From Podarcis melisellensis (lineage: Eukaryota), in the NCBI GenBank assembly GCA_964234715.1, contig OZ174283.1: 64,000 bases of DNA. One strand, 5' to 3'. The notes under the pieces were generated by a model. The model saw only the letters and a program-made list of their open reading frames with translations, was not told where the DNA came from and searched no databases. The position numbers and the translations under genes were made by a program. Positions 24,571 through 35,940 of this stretch are shown piece after piece (the stretch's first letter is position 1; every line of letters begins with the position of its first letter).

Positions 24571-25468
24571 TAGATACAGCCATTGTAGTCCATACAATGA
24601 TGACCTTGGGCTTAGATAGTTGCAATGCACTCTATGTGGGGTTGCCCTTGGGCCTGGTCTGGAAGCACCAGCTGATGCAGAACGCAGAGGCTAAAATGTT
24701 GATGGGGACAGATGACTAACAGCTTGTGACACCTCTGCTAAACATCTTGCACTGGCTGCCTGTATCCTACTAGGCCAGGTTCAAGGCTCTTGTATTAATT
24801 TACAAAGCCCTGAACAACTTGAGTCCAGGATACATTTTGTTTTTTGTTGTTTAGTCGCCTTAGTCGTGTCTGACTCTCCATGACCTCATGAACCAGAGCA
24901 TGCCTTGGAAACTGTCACTTTCTTCTCAAAGCTTCTCCTTTTTTTATGTCCATGGAGTTTTCTTGGCAAAATACTGGAGTGGTTTGCCAGTTCCTTCTCC
25001 AGGTGGATCACATTTAGTCTAAACTCTCAGCTATGACCTGTCTGTCTTGGGTGGCCCTGCAGGGCATAGCTCATAGCTTCTTGGAGTTCTTCAAGCCCCT
25101 TCACCATGACAAGGCAGTGATCCATGAAGGGGCCAGGATACATTAAGGACCACTTAAAACCTTATATCCTAGTTCCGTCACTGAAATCATCATAGCAGTT
25201 TGCTATGTTACAGAGGCCCAACTAGCCTCAACCAGAAAGTGGGCATCTAGTGTCACTTCTCTCATGCTGTAGAACACTCTTTCAGAAGAAATTCAGTAGG
25301 CATCCTTTGCTTTTGACCTTCAGGGATCTCTTTTTAATGCTGACAGTCCTGTGCAGTTTAATTTTTTTGTTGAGTAGCCAGTCATTTACTTTTAAGGGGT
25401 CTATATTGCTCTACACCACACTGAGATTTTGTGGGAGGGTGGTATATAAATACTTTTATAAATAAATT
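24571..25468 (+). mobile_element. L2 LINE 3' portion, interrupted by a BovB-derived insertion
   Basis: Decayed L2 ORF2 C-terminus LDSCNALYVGLPL..QLMQNA..TPLLNILHWLPV..ARFKALVLIYKALNNLSPGY|IKDHL; L2-type tail GGAGGGTGGTATATAAAT. Confidence 0.88.
24837..25132 (-). mobile_element. Internally deleted BovB (RTE) derivative, Bov-A-like, 296 bp
   Basis: Minus strand starts CCCCTTCATGGATCACTGCCTTGTCATGG (BovB 5' end), contains GGAGAAGGAACTGGCAAACCACTCCAGTAT, ends GAGTCAGACACGACTAAGGCGACTAAACAACAA; 12-bp TSD CCAGGATACATT (24825-24836, 25133-25144). Confidence 0.85.
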
Positions 25469-26486
25469 ATAATAAATCTTGACACTTCCCTCACTTTCTG
25501 CTGCATCATGTCTCCCTTGCTGCCTCTCTAACCAGTAAACTGCTAGAGGATGGAAAGAACTTTTGCTGGAGGTCTGAACTGACTGTAAATGATTTTTGGA
25601 ATTCAGTTGCATGACAGCATTACATTAGGCCGAGGACTACATGGGGACCCTCCTAAATGCATCAGTAATCTGCACCCTTGTCATTGAAATTCTAAATATA
25701 GTTTCCTTTAAATACATGACAATTCACCATAGCCATTATTTATTTATTACAATGGCTTTTCCATTTTTTTAAATTTAAAAATGTCCAAAGTGGCTTACTG
25801 AAAAAGAAAGAAGAAGAAAACCGTAACATTTTTTAAACAAACCAAAAAACACTTTTTTATTTATTAATTACATTTATGCCCCAACCTTCCTCCTAAAAGA
25901 TTAATTTCAGATGCTCGCTGCAGACATGTGCCTCCAAATACATTTTTCTGAGATGCAAAATATGTGAATCAATGAACTGTCATTCCATTTTCTTACATTT
26001 TTAAAACAAAATTTCCCTTGACTTGTAGAAAGGTTTGATGCACATTCTCAAAATACTGTTAGTAATTTCAGATTTCACTAAAGAAAACAAGGAGGAAAAA
26101 CACCATGTTCTCAAACACAGTTTTTCAATGAATGTAATTTAATGCACATTTTGAGCCACTTGATACAGATTTCTAAATGGTCTTACTGGGGGGAGGAATT
26201 ACAGGTGTGAGCCTTTTTTTAAGGTAAGAAATCTTCTTAATGGGAGTAAGTGCTGTGTTTTGAGTGTTAACAGATGCACTTAGAGTTAAGAATTAAAGCA
26301 TAAAGAGAACTTGTTCATAACTGCACAAAATGAAGACTAGATTTTGATACGTAAGTGGAAGATCACAATCATTTTGATTAATGGGAACTGTGAGCTTTTT
26401 AAAAGACTGCAATATCTTTTCAGTTGCCATCTCTAAGTTACATGTCCCCCCACCTTTTTTATAAACTGAGATGGACCTGCTCTGGC

Positions 26487-27656
26487 GTCCTACTCTCATT
26501 TTCCTGCGTTGGCTTGAGGAAGCTTTTGAGATCACTTGCTGACTATTGTCAAGAGGAACAACTATCAATAAATTACAGCAAATCTAAAATTATGGTGTTT
26601 TCAAAAAAAAGAAGGAAACACAAATGGAGAATAAATGGTCAACCTATTGACCAGGTAGCAACTTTCAAATACCTGGGAATAACTTTTCAGGAAAGGGTCT
26701 CATGGCACCAACAGATGAAAAACGCCATTGCCAACGCAGGAAGGGCCAGTAAAGCCCTTACAAGATTTTTTCACGGGAAAGGGGGTAAATACGTTCCGGC
26801 AGCCTCCCAGGTTTTTGCTGCAAAAATACTCCCACAACTCACTTATGGATCCCAGGTTTGCAGTTTTAAAAATTTTGCGCCTATGGAGGCATTTCAAACA
26901 AAATTCTATCGGTGTCTATTGGGGATCCCCCCCTGTGTATCTAATATAGCTGTCCGCTTAGAAGTTGGACAACCACCCGTTAACGCGCGGCTGTGGATTC
27001 TAAAGATACACTATTGGTTAAAACTTATTTTTTCCCCGGCCGGTTTGGCTCCTTTAACACTCTTAGACACCTTTCATTCTACCTGGAAAGCTTCCCTGTT
27101 TGAAAAGATAAGAAGCTTGGGATTCTCCCCGCAGATCTTGATAGCGGCAGGATATGAGAGAGCCAAAAGTCAAGTGCTTCAACGCATTAGGGACATAGAG
27201 TTACAATGTCATATGGGCAAAATGGATAAACATGCCACAATCAGAGACTTTGGGAGAGGGTTTTCACCCGCAAATTATCTGGCTGATTTACAAATACCTA
27301 AGTACAGACCCTCCTTTACCCTGGCCAGATTCAACGTTCTGCCCTCTGCCCTGCTGCTAGGCAGATATGAGGGCAAACCATATGAGTCACGTGTTTGCCC
27401 ATGTGGCTCATCAGAAGTGGAAACAAGTCTGCATGTATTGCTGCACTGTAGTTACTACGAGGATCTACGCCTGACCTTTATTGCCCCAGTTCTACAAAAG
27501 CTTAAAAATGAACCAGAACTCCAACGTATGAGAGCCTTGGTAGAAGATAAGGTTCCTGAAATTACGATCAATGTTGCCAAATTCTGTGTAGCCGCTATTA
27601 GGCGTAGGAAACAAGAGCTTTCCAATGTTAATATGCAGGCGAAGGCAAATACTTAA
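26487..27656 (+). pseudogene. Truncated ORF2 of the RTE-X-like LINE (RT C-terminus/thumb and CCHC zinc knuckle)
   Basis: INYSKSKIMVF, FKYLGITF, CPCGSSEVETSLHVLLHC; begins just after the expected YADD. The first 21 aa of ORF-track call 26424..27656 come from flanking DNA. Confidence 0.85.
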
Positions 27657-27806
27657 TTTTATTTATGCTGTCTAATTTTAAATTGCTGTTATGGCCTAAT
27701 CTGTATTGAAATTGTCCTTTGTTTTTCCGGTGTTATGCTTTGCTGACTAGCTGTACGAGTTAATCTGGTCTGTGACCATTTAATAAAATTTGATTTGATT
27801 TGATTT
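26487..27806 (+). mobile_element. 5'-truncated RTE-X-like non-LTR retrotransposon
   Basis: 13-bp TSD GACCTGCTCTGGC (26474-26486, 27807-27819); AATAAA plus (TTTGA)n tail; open ORF2 C-terminal portion. Confidence 0.85.
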
Positions 27807-28220
27807 GACCTGCTCTGGCCATTCCAACAAAGTGGCAAGCAGAAAGGACTAGTACTTCTTCACAGTTCCATGATTTCATGCAACCTTTTTTGTTGTATAC
27901 AATTCAAGATTGTTCAAGGGGGGTTCCTGAGCTTCTGGAGTGGCATGGGAAGTGGTAGGGAAGAGGAAGGAAAGGGAACATATCCTTTTGCAAGCTTCAT
28001 TTTACTTGGGGTCCTGATCATGGCCCCAGCCTTAATTATTAGCCAATGTTCAGAGGCAGGGTAGAATGAACCACTTGACTCTGAGTCTGCTATGCTAATG
28101 CAGCAGCTGAAAAGCAAACTCAAGTTCCTGGTGCTGAAGGGGGCTGGGCTGAGCTGTCAATGATCTGCTGAATTCCAAGCTAGTCTTACTGCCAAACACG
28201 TGGCACTACTGATCACCCTA

Positions 28221-28570
28221 AGGGATGCGGGTGGTGCTGTGGGTTAAACCACAGAGCCTACAACTTGCCGATCAGAAGGTTGGCGGTTCGAATCCCCGCG
28301 ACGGGGTGAGCTCCCGTTGCTCGGTCCCAGCTCCTGCCAACCTAGCAGTTTGAAAGCACGTCAAAGTGCAAGTAGATCAATAGGTACCGCTCTGGCGGGA
28401 AGGTAAATGGCATTTCCGTGCGCTGCTCTGGTTCACCAGAAGCGGCTTAGTCATGCTGGCCACATGACCTGGAAGCTGTACACCGGCTCCCTTGGCCAAT
28501 AAAGTGAGATGAGCGCCACAACCCCAGAGTCGGTCACGACTGGACCTAATGGTCAGGGGTCCCTTTACTT
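28221..28570 (+). mobile_element. Sauria (Squam1) SINE, young and full length
   Basis: Intact B-box GGTTCGAATCC and many CpGs retained; 14-bp TSD TACTGATCACCCTA (28207-28220, 28571-28584). Confidence 0.95.
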
Positions 28571-28653
28571 TACTGATCACCCTACCTGACAGTCTGCTAT
28601 GGCCACCATAAGTGGTAGAGCTGTGGATGCGGCAGTGGTCTTGCTGTTCTTCA

Positions 28654-29034
28654 GGTAAAACGTAAAGGTAGAGGACCTCTGGATGGTTAAGTTCGGTCAA
28701 AGGCGACAATGGGGTTGCAGCGCTCATCTCGCTTTCAGGCCAAGGGAGGCAGCGTTTGTCCGCAGACAGCTTTCCAGGTCTTGAGGCCAGCATGACTAAA
28801 CAGCTTCTGGTGCAATGGAACACCATGTCGGAAGCCAGAGTACACGGAAATGCCATTTACCTTCCTGCTACAGCAGTACCTATGTATCTACTTGCACTGG
28901 CATGCTTTCAAACTGCTAGGTTGGCAGAAGCTGGGACAGAGCAATGGGAGCTCACCCCGTCGTGGGGATTTGAACCGCTGACCTTCTGATCAGCAAGCCC
29001 AAGAGGCTCAGTGGTTGAGACCACAACGCCATCA
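28654..29034 (-). mobile_element. Sauria SINE (different, longer subfamily)
   Basis: Reverse-complement Sauria body; 10-bp TSD CTGTTCTTCA (28644-28653, 29035-29044). Confidence 0.92.
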
Positions 29035-30349
29035 CTGTTCTTCAAAGCCCAATCAGCCCCGGGGAAATGGTGGTTAAGATTGTGCCCTGAAGGAACAAAG
29101 AAACTCACTGGCTACAATATTATCAACTAACATGAAGAATATACGTTTGGAAGTAAAGGCAAATATGGAAGCAAAGTAAGTCTCGGCCAGAAGATTGGGC
29201 TATCAGACAAGGTCGTGAACTACGGCTAAACCAGGACTAGGCATGAAAGGCATGTAATAAAAATGTTTTGTCACCCAAAGCATTTAATGTGTAAAATGAG
29301 CTGTCAAAGGCAGCAGCACAAAATGAACTGACAAACACAGTCGGAAAGGCGTTGTTAGAAGGAAAACCTGTTAAAGACGACAAAAGCCAGATTAATAGGG
29401 CATTGAGTATAGAGAGGCTGCATGACCTTCTTCCAGGGGGTAGGACCGGAGAGCTATGTTGTTATAGCCAGACAGAACAGGCGTAGGCTTTCTCAAAATT
29501 TGCTTAATGTTTAAACGGATGCCGGTTTCTATTTCACGTAGTTCATTCCCGTCATCCCACTGTTCTAGCAAATGGCAAAAGACCTTCTAAAAATATGCAA
29601 CTTAATAGGTCCCCGGAGAAAGAAAATGAGCATAGCAGATAGAGAAGACGGAAGGTTAGCTTTGCAGGGATGGGTAGGATGAGAGGGGGGGAGATATAAG
29701 AAGAAATATAGTGAAATGAAAGTAGGACAAAATCTCTGCCTTCCAATTTAGAGTATATTTTCAAAGAAGAATCAAAGTGACATACTCTAGCTAGGTCCAT
29801 GTTCATTCATGTTGTCTGCTTTTATTTTGGGCACGGGGAGAGGTAACTTGCTAAAGTTTAGCAAGCAATCCTCTTATTTGTCATCTCCAATGGAGTCTGC
29901 TTATTCCCGAGTATTTTTCGATTTGGCAGTTTTAAATGAAGTGGGCCAAATTTATTTCTGGTACAAACATTTTGCTGTGAGTCATTTGCTTGTTCAATAA
30001 CGCAGCATTAAAGGCACCATTCTGAGGGAAAATTTGAAAACCACATATATTTATGACTCAGCAGCACCTGAATCTCTGGTTCTATACAGTAAGGAATTTG
30101 AGGGTAATAAGTCGATCCTTGGGTTATTACTGTTAGTCTAGGATGTATAGGGTTTTCTATCAAATGATCAGTGAATCCTTGCACAGAAAGCCATCACTTA
30201 TCAGACCAACGTTAGCATCAGAATGTGGAATTTGTAATGGAACATTCCCATTGCTTCTCATTCCCATTGTTTTGCATGGTGTGATCTGTTTTGTGTCCTA
30301 TTTTTGTAAATGTTAGATGGTCCTCCAACCATTCAACCTTTTGGAAGAA

Positions 30350-30514
30350 CAGAGGCGGATTTAGGAGTGTGTGTTGCACTGTGCACAGAGCCTCAGGGAT
30401 ACTGCAGGGGGTGCCAGAAATATGATTTAGGATGAGGCACGAGACATAGGAGGTGCTGAATTTTAGCGTCACACAGGGCGCTGCTGAAATTTGAGACCCC
30501 GAGGTCTGCCACTG
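30350..30514. mobile_element. hAT (Tip100-like) MITE
   Basis: Imperfect TIR CAGAGGCGGA...TCTGCCACTG; no clean TSD. Confidence 0.45.
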
Positions 30515-30777
30515 TAGGCAAATAACTACCTGGCTATTGGCTTGATATTTCCTTAGACCAAAGACTCAATATCAAAAAACTGGAGGAAAGTCAGGTGGAA
30601 TGTAATGTCTCTTAATTATGCACTTATTAATAATGATATGCAAACTATTTCTCTTTAATTTTTGCTGCTTTTATGTGAAAAGCAGATTGAGAAATGGGAA
30701 TGACCCCCTCCCCCCACTAAGACAAATAATCTCGAGAATGAATTTTTTGGGGGTGGGAGAGTATATGCATTGAAAAG

Positions 30778-31220
30778 AGGTATATAAAATTATGCATGAT
30801 GTGGAGAAATATTTTTTTCCCCTCCCTCTTTCATAACATAAGAACTAGGGGAAACCCAATGAAGCTGACTGTTCAGATTCAAAACAGACAACAACAACAA
30901 CAACAGATTACGTCTTCATGCACTGTGTAGCTAATCTATAGAATTTGCTCTCACCAGAGACAGTGATGGCAACAAACTTGGATGGCTTTAAAAGAGAATT
31001 AGATAAATTAATGGCAGGCAAGACCTTCTGTGGTTACTAACCCTGATTGATACATTCTGCCTCCATTGTCTGAGGCAGTATGCTTCTGAATATCACTTGC
31101 TGGGAACAGCAGGAGGAGAGAGAGCTCTTATACTCTGGTCCTACTTATGTGGTTGACCACAGTGAGGATGATGGTCTCTGGCCTGATCCAGCAGGCACTT
31201 TTTATGTTCATATGTTATGT
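30778..31220 (+). mobile_element. Old CR1 3' fragment
   Basis: EVYKIMH, RTRGNPMKL, NLDGFKRELDKLM motifs; 3' end CTGATCCAGCAGGCAC...TTATGTTC. Confidence 0.75.
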
Positions 31221-31289
31221 TTTAAAAATGGAAAAAAGAAAAACACACACCAGTATTTTAGAAATAGGGAAATGTATTGGGAGGGATAG

Positions 31290-31292
<3 letters not shown>

Positions 31293-31330
<38 letters not shown>
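31293..31330. repeat. (GA)n microsatellite
   Basis: Directly visible. Confidence 0.95.
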
Positions 31331-31334
<4 letters not shown>

Positions 31335-32545
31335 ATTATTAAATCACTGAAACTATTCCTATTTAACTGAGCTCAAACCTGACCTCCAATACAAGCTGTA
31401 TTTTTACATGGCACCAGGATTCTGAGGAGAACATTGTTGCCATTTTGCACTCCTGGCCTGAGGTTTTTCAATACCTAGAAACAGAGGGAGGAGAAAAATA
31501 TGTAATACACCAGAACAAACATTTGAGATTCCATGGTCAAAGGGAAGGTGTCAGCAGAGAAACCAGCTTTTTTTGCAACCCCTGCAAATCACTTGGCACA
31601 GCTTCAAAAATCTCTGCAGGGCTTGTTCCTTCTCAACACATACATTTATGCCATACACACACACATTGTGCATTAGGAAACCTATCATTGCGGCCTCTAC
31701 AATTGACTTAATTGGGCTTCTCTGTTTTAGACAAAGCAAATGCATTTCTCATTCAGCACCAGGATATTTTTGTTCCCTCCTCCCCAGTACCAACAAGGTT
31801 TTCCCAGCCTATTAATGTACAATTTGCTTAGAGGCAGAGGCAGCCTCCTGGTGCATCAGTACCACGAATAACTACTCATTATATCCGATTTACTTGTATT
31901 CCTGTTGTCTTGTTCAGAGACCTTTTAACCCAGGCATCCTGGAGGCAGGCAGCTCTGAGAATTGACTTAAGATATCTTAGAGTTTGGATTTCAAGACCCA
32001 CAGTCTGCTTCTGTTAACTCAGCGGCTTCAATGTGACCCACAACCGAGATAGCTTGGGCTTTCAAATGCCACCTTTTAGGCACAGATTTGTGAAAGCGGA
32101 TTTGAAAATTTTCAATGGAAGTAGACAGAAAGGCAGGTGGCACTTGTTGCTTATGGTATGTAATCGAAGTGCATGTCTGTTCGGTAAATAACTTGACTCA
32201 AACATTTACATAATTGCCTAGAGGCTAATGACATTTCTCCTTGCTGAACTGAGACAGGATTTGGTCTTACATATCCATCCTCTTTCAAATTACCTCCATT
32301 AAAAAAAGGCATGGTGGCACTTGATTCTCCCCAAGCTTTGGACCATCTAACCACATAGGTTGTTGTTTGCTTGACCCTAGGACTGGACCTGACTTTGGAT
32401 GCTGCCTCTGACTTCAGCCAGACCCTGGTTAGCTGGCCTCCCACTCCTCTGAATCCTGCACGCTGTTGCTCAGCAACGAGAGTACAACAAGGGCCCCCTT
32501 CAATTTGGAGCAAGCCCTGATATCAAGTCATGGTACTTCCTGGAG

Positions 32546-32828
32546 CAGGGGTGTGGAACCCTTTTCAGCCTGAGGATTACATTCCCTTCTAGACAGTCTT
32601 CCAGGGTCCACATGCTTATGGTGGGAGGAGCAAGAAACAAAGGTAGGTGGAGCAAAGAATGCCATTTTTTCTTTGTGCTGTGGGCTTGTTTCTACAGACA
32701 CTCAGGCATCTCTCCTCCATCTAGGCAAGCAAGCAAGATTATCAGAATTCAAGGACACAAAAAAACAATCCCAAGGGCTAGTAAGAGAAGCATGGAGGAC
32801 CACATCTGGCCTCGGTTCCCCATCCCTG
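32546..32828. mobile_element. hAT-like MITE
   Basis: TIR CAGGGGTGTGGAACC...GGTTCCCCATCCCTG; TSD not recognisable. Confidence 0.6.
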
Positions 32829-32874
32829 GCTTTCAATGTAAGCACTAGCACTCTAATAATTAGGTGATATTCCC

Positions 32875-33080
32875 TTTATTATTATTATTATTACATTTAT
32901 TTTCCACCTTTCCTCCAAGGGGCTTAAGGTGACAGTTCTCTCCCTCCTCAATTTATCCTCACAACCTTGTCAAGTAGGTTAGGCCCAAGGTTACATGGTG
33001 AGCTTTTATGACTTAGTGGGATTTGAACTCTGGTCTCCAGGGTCCTATTTGAACACTCTAACCACTACACCACACCTGCT
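32875..33080 (-). mobile_element. tRNA-derived squamate SINE (MIR/Squam3-like)
   Basis: Same family as 8891-9113; GGATTTGAACTC (reverse-complement B-box), ACCACTACACCAC (reverse-complement A-box), (TAT)n tail. Confidence 0.75.
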
Positions 33081-33809
33081 TTCACCTAAGTAAAACATGA
33101 AGGGGCTCCTGAATTCGTTCCCTGCTGAAGGTGGAATATACAGCAAGCCAAGGTATGAAAAATAAAATAGGACTAACTTGCAGGCTTGGCTAGCCCCCAT
33201 TGAAGACAGTTTTATATTTTGAAGGCAGTCAAAAGTGACTTCATAAATCCTCATTAAGATAGCTAAGAAAACTTGCTTAATGAAGCAGAAAGATGAGTAC
33301 AGATTTGGTCTTCTAAATAGCAACTGAATTGCCAATATGCCACAGGAGCAGATTATATGTAAATATTAGGAACTGTCAGCAAATTAAAGATGTCTGGCCC
33401 TTAAACAACCAATCAATTAGCTAATTGATTAAATTTAAATAAATGTACATATTGCAACACTTTAGTGAAGGTAACCTTTTGAGGTTCCCAAAGGAATGGT
33501 TCAGCCTCTTTTTAACACAGAACTTACAAATATGATAAACGAAAACAACCACTAATTGTAGGAAGAAAGAAAAATTGCTTACACGTTACACTGAACACAG
33601 GTACAGGCTGTTTCTACACATGTATAGGTGTTTGTGTGTACTCCTATGGATTTGTGTACACACAAATATAGGATTGTACCTTCATTTAGTGTAATGTGTG
33701 GACACCTCTAGAGTCACATTCTTATAAGCCCCAGTAAGTATTTCCAGTATTTATAAGAGATGAAAACCTTAGCAAAAATAAAGTAATACATGTGCAGCCA
33801 TGATGAATA

Positions 33810-34389
33810 CATAGCTGTCAACCATCCCTTATTTGGCGGGAAACTCCCTTATACCAGTGCCGTTTCCCGCTGCTGTCCTGGTTTGATGATATCCCATAAA
33901 TTTCCCGGGTTTCAAAGGAAGCAGATCCTCTCCCTCCCTCCCTGCCGGCCAGGGAGGAGGGAGGCTCCAACTGTCTTGCTTGGCTGCGTTGCTCACCCAA
34001 TAAGGAGCCTAAGAACAACCAGGGGGTGGAGGTTGCATGCCGATCAAATCGGCCACCTTTGCTCAGCGCTTCCCAGCGGAGAGGTGACGGTGGTTTTCCT
34101 TGCTGCATCCCCTTTGCTGGGTTGCTACACTGTGGGAACCACCGCTTGAGGCTTCATTTGGCTGCTGGCTGGGCTTTCTGCCTTTGGCTTGGAGGGGAAG
34201 TTGAACATACCTGTGCCTGGAATTGGATGGATACGTCATTGACAGCTCACTCACCCTTGCTGGGGAAAAGGTCTGTCTGGAGCGGAGGCACATGGTGGTG
34301 GAAAAAGGAAATCCCTCATTTTGGCTGCTGATCCCTTATTTTCGAGGCTGCTGGTCCCTTATTTTCAAATCTGTAAGTTGACAGCTATG
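33810..34389. mobile_element. Non-autonomous DNA transposon (hAT-like) with 13-bp TIR
   Basis: Perfect TIR CATAGCTGTCAAC/GTTGACAGCTATG; subterminal TCCCTTAT repeats; flanking 6-bp direct repeat TGAATA. Confidence 0.85.
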
Positions 34390-34404
34390 TGAATATGTAC
34401 AATT

Positions 34405-34865
34405 CAGACCCAAGACACAGCCTTCTCTGTGGTGGTATTCTGGCTATGGAACTGCCTTCAAAGAGAAACAGTGCTCCTCTTTAACTCCATTTAGGAACCG
34501 TACTAATACTTTTGCTTTAATTCAGTGCTTTTTTTCCTGGGGGTGGGGGGCGCTGGAGTAAGCAGGACCCTAAACATTTTATGAATCTAAGTTTGGCCTC
34601 ATTGAGGGGCAGTATTTCAATATGAGTAGGAAAATGAGAGTACCACTAAACATTTCTTTTTGTGTGTGGGGGGGAGCACTGCTTTATCCAGGCATTTGAC
34701 CTGTGGTTTTATAATGTTTTTACCCTGCTGGTTTAAAGTGCAATACATTATGATGCTGTTTTAAAAGGTTTATATGTCATTTTATTACTGTGCGATGACC
34801 TGGGCTCTCTTTGACAGGAACAATGAATTACACATTTGAGTTAATAACTACTAACTAACTAAATG
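34405..34865 (+). mobile_element. L2 3' remnant with nested hAT-like MITE (34523-34681)
   Basis: GCCTTCTCTGTGGTGG...CTATGGAAC (AFSVV...LWN) and CAGGCATTT typical of the L2 end; nested CAGTGCT...AGCACTG TIRs. Confidence 0.55.
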
Positions 34866-35208
34866 ATCTCAACTCTATGCCATGTAGATTTGCTGATATC
34901 TCTGTCGTTGGACGCTTTATTCATATGCACTAGCTGCCTATTAATCACCAAGCCAGTTTTCTCCTACGTACATATAAAACCTTAAATAGTACTGGACCAG
35001 GATACCCAAAAGTCTAGTAAGCCTAGTAAGATCTTCAAATGGAACCCATTTAGTTCTCATATGGCATTGCCCCATCTGAGATAGAACCAACTGAAGATGA
35101 GTAGGAACAGCCTTGCATTTTTACCATGTCACAAAAGGCAACCAGAAGTTTCATGCAAGTAAGTGCACAGAATTCCATTCAGGCAAGTGAGCAGGCTAGT
35201 GGATATGA

Positions 35209-35237
35209 AAGAGAGTGAGAGTGAGAGAGAAAGAGAA

Positions 35238-35287
<50 letters not shown>
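35209..35287. repeat. Imperfect (GA)n microsatellite
   Basis: Directly visible. Confidence 0.95.
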
Positions 35288-35290
<3 letters not shown>

Positions 35291-35378
35291 TCCATCGCTG
35301 CCACAACAGCCAGCTTGTGTTCCATGCTGGACATGGAAGAAGTACTTTCTTGCATGGCCATCATGTAAATTGATTGAG

Positions 35379-35568
35379 CATAGGAAGCTGCCTTATACAG
35401 AGCCAAACCAGTGGTACACTTAGCTCTTTATTCTGTACACTTACTGGCAGCACTTTCTTGGGATTTCAGATGGGATGTCCCTCCCAGATATAGCTGGAGA
35501 TGCTCAGGCCTGAACCTGGGACCTTTTGCATGCAAAGCAAAGTGTTTTCCCAAGCCGTGGCCTTCCCC
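35379..35568 (-). mobile_element. tRNA-derived SINE with CR1-like GCAGCTTCCTATG tail
   Basis: Minus strand: TTTGCATGCAAAAGGTCCCAGGTTCAGG head, TATAAGGCAGCTTCCTATG end; related copies at ~50610 and ~58835. Confidence 0.7.
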
Positions 35569-35791
35569 AAGGAAATGCAGTCAGCTGATGGAGGAGGGAG
35601 AGACTGGAGGCTCAATTTTCCTCCATCAGCCTGCTTGATTTCCATGCTGGCTGCAGAGGAAGTAAAGCATGGCCAACAATAGCAAGTTTGGCTATTGGGA
35701 GTGTTGATTGCCCCCTCCACCAGCCTGCTGCATTTCCATATTGGTTGCAGAGGAAGGAAGGCCCTTCTACCTGCAGAAATATGGATAACTG

Positions 35792-35940
35792 AATCATAGA
35801 ATCATAGAGTTGGAAGAGACCACAAGGGCCATCGAGTCCAACCCCCTGCCAAGCAGGAAACACCATCAGAGAACTCCTGACATATGGTTGTCAAGCCTCT
35901 GCTTAAAGACCTCCAAAGAAGGAGACTCCACCACACTCCT
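35792..35940 (-). mobile_element. Young CR1 3' end
   Basis: Near-identical to the 3' part of 11456-11723 in reverse orientation; (CATAGAAT)n tail; 6-bp TSD TAACTG (35786-35791, 35941-35946). Confidence 0.93.

Noticed and set aside
26424-26486. N-terminus of the 410-aa ORF as a host-TE fusion gene
   Set aside because: It lies in the flank and TSD, uses a TTG start and has no promoter or splice evidence; a chance open frame upstream of the truncation.
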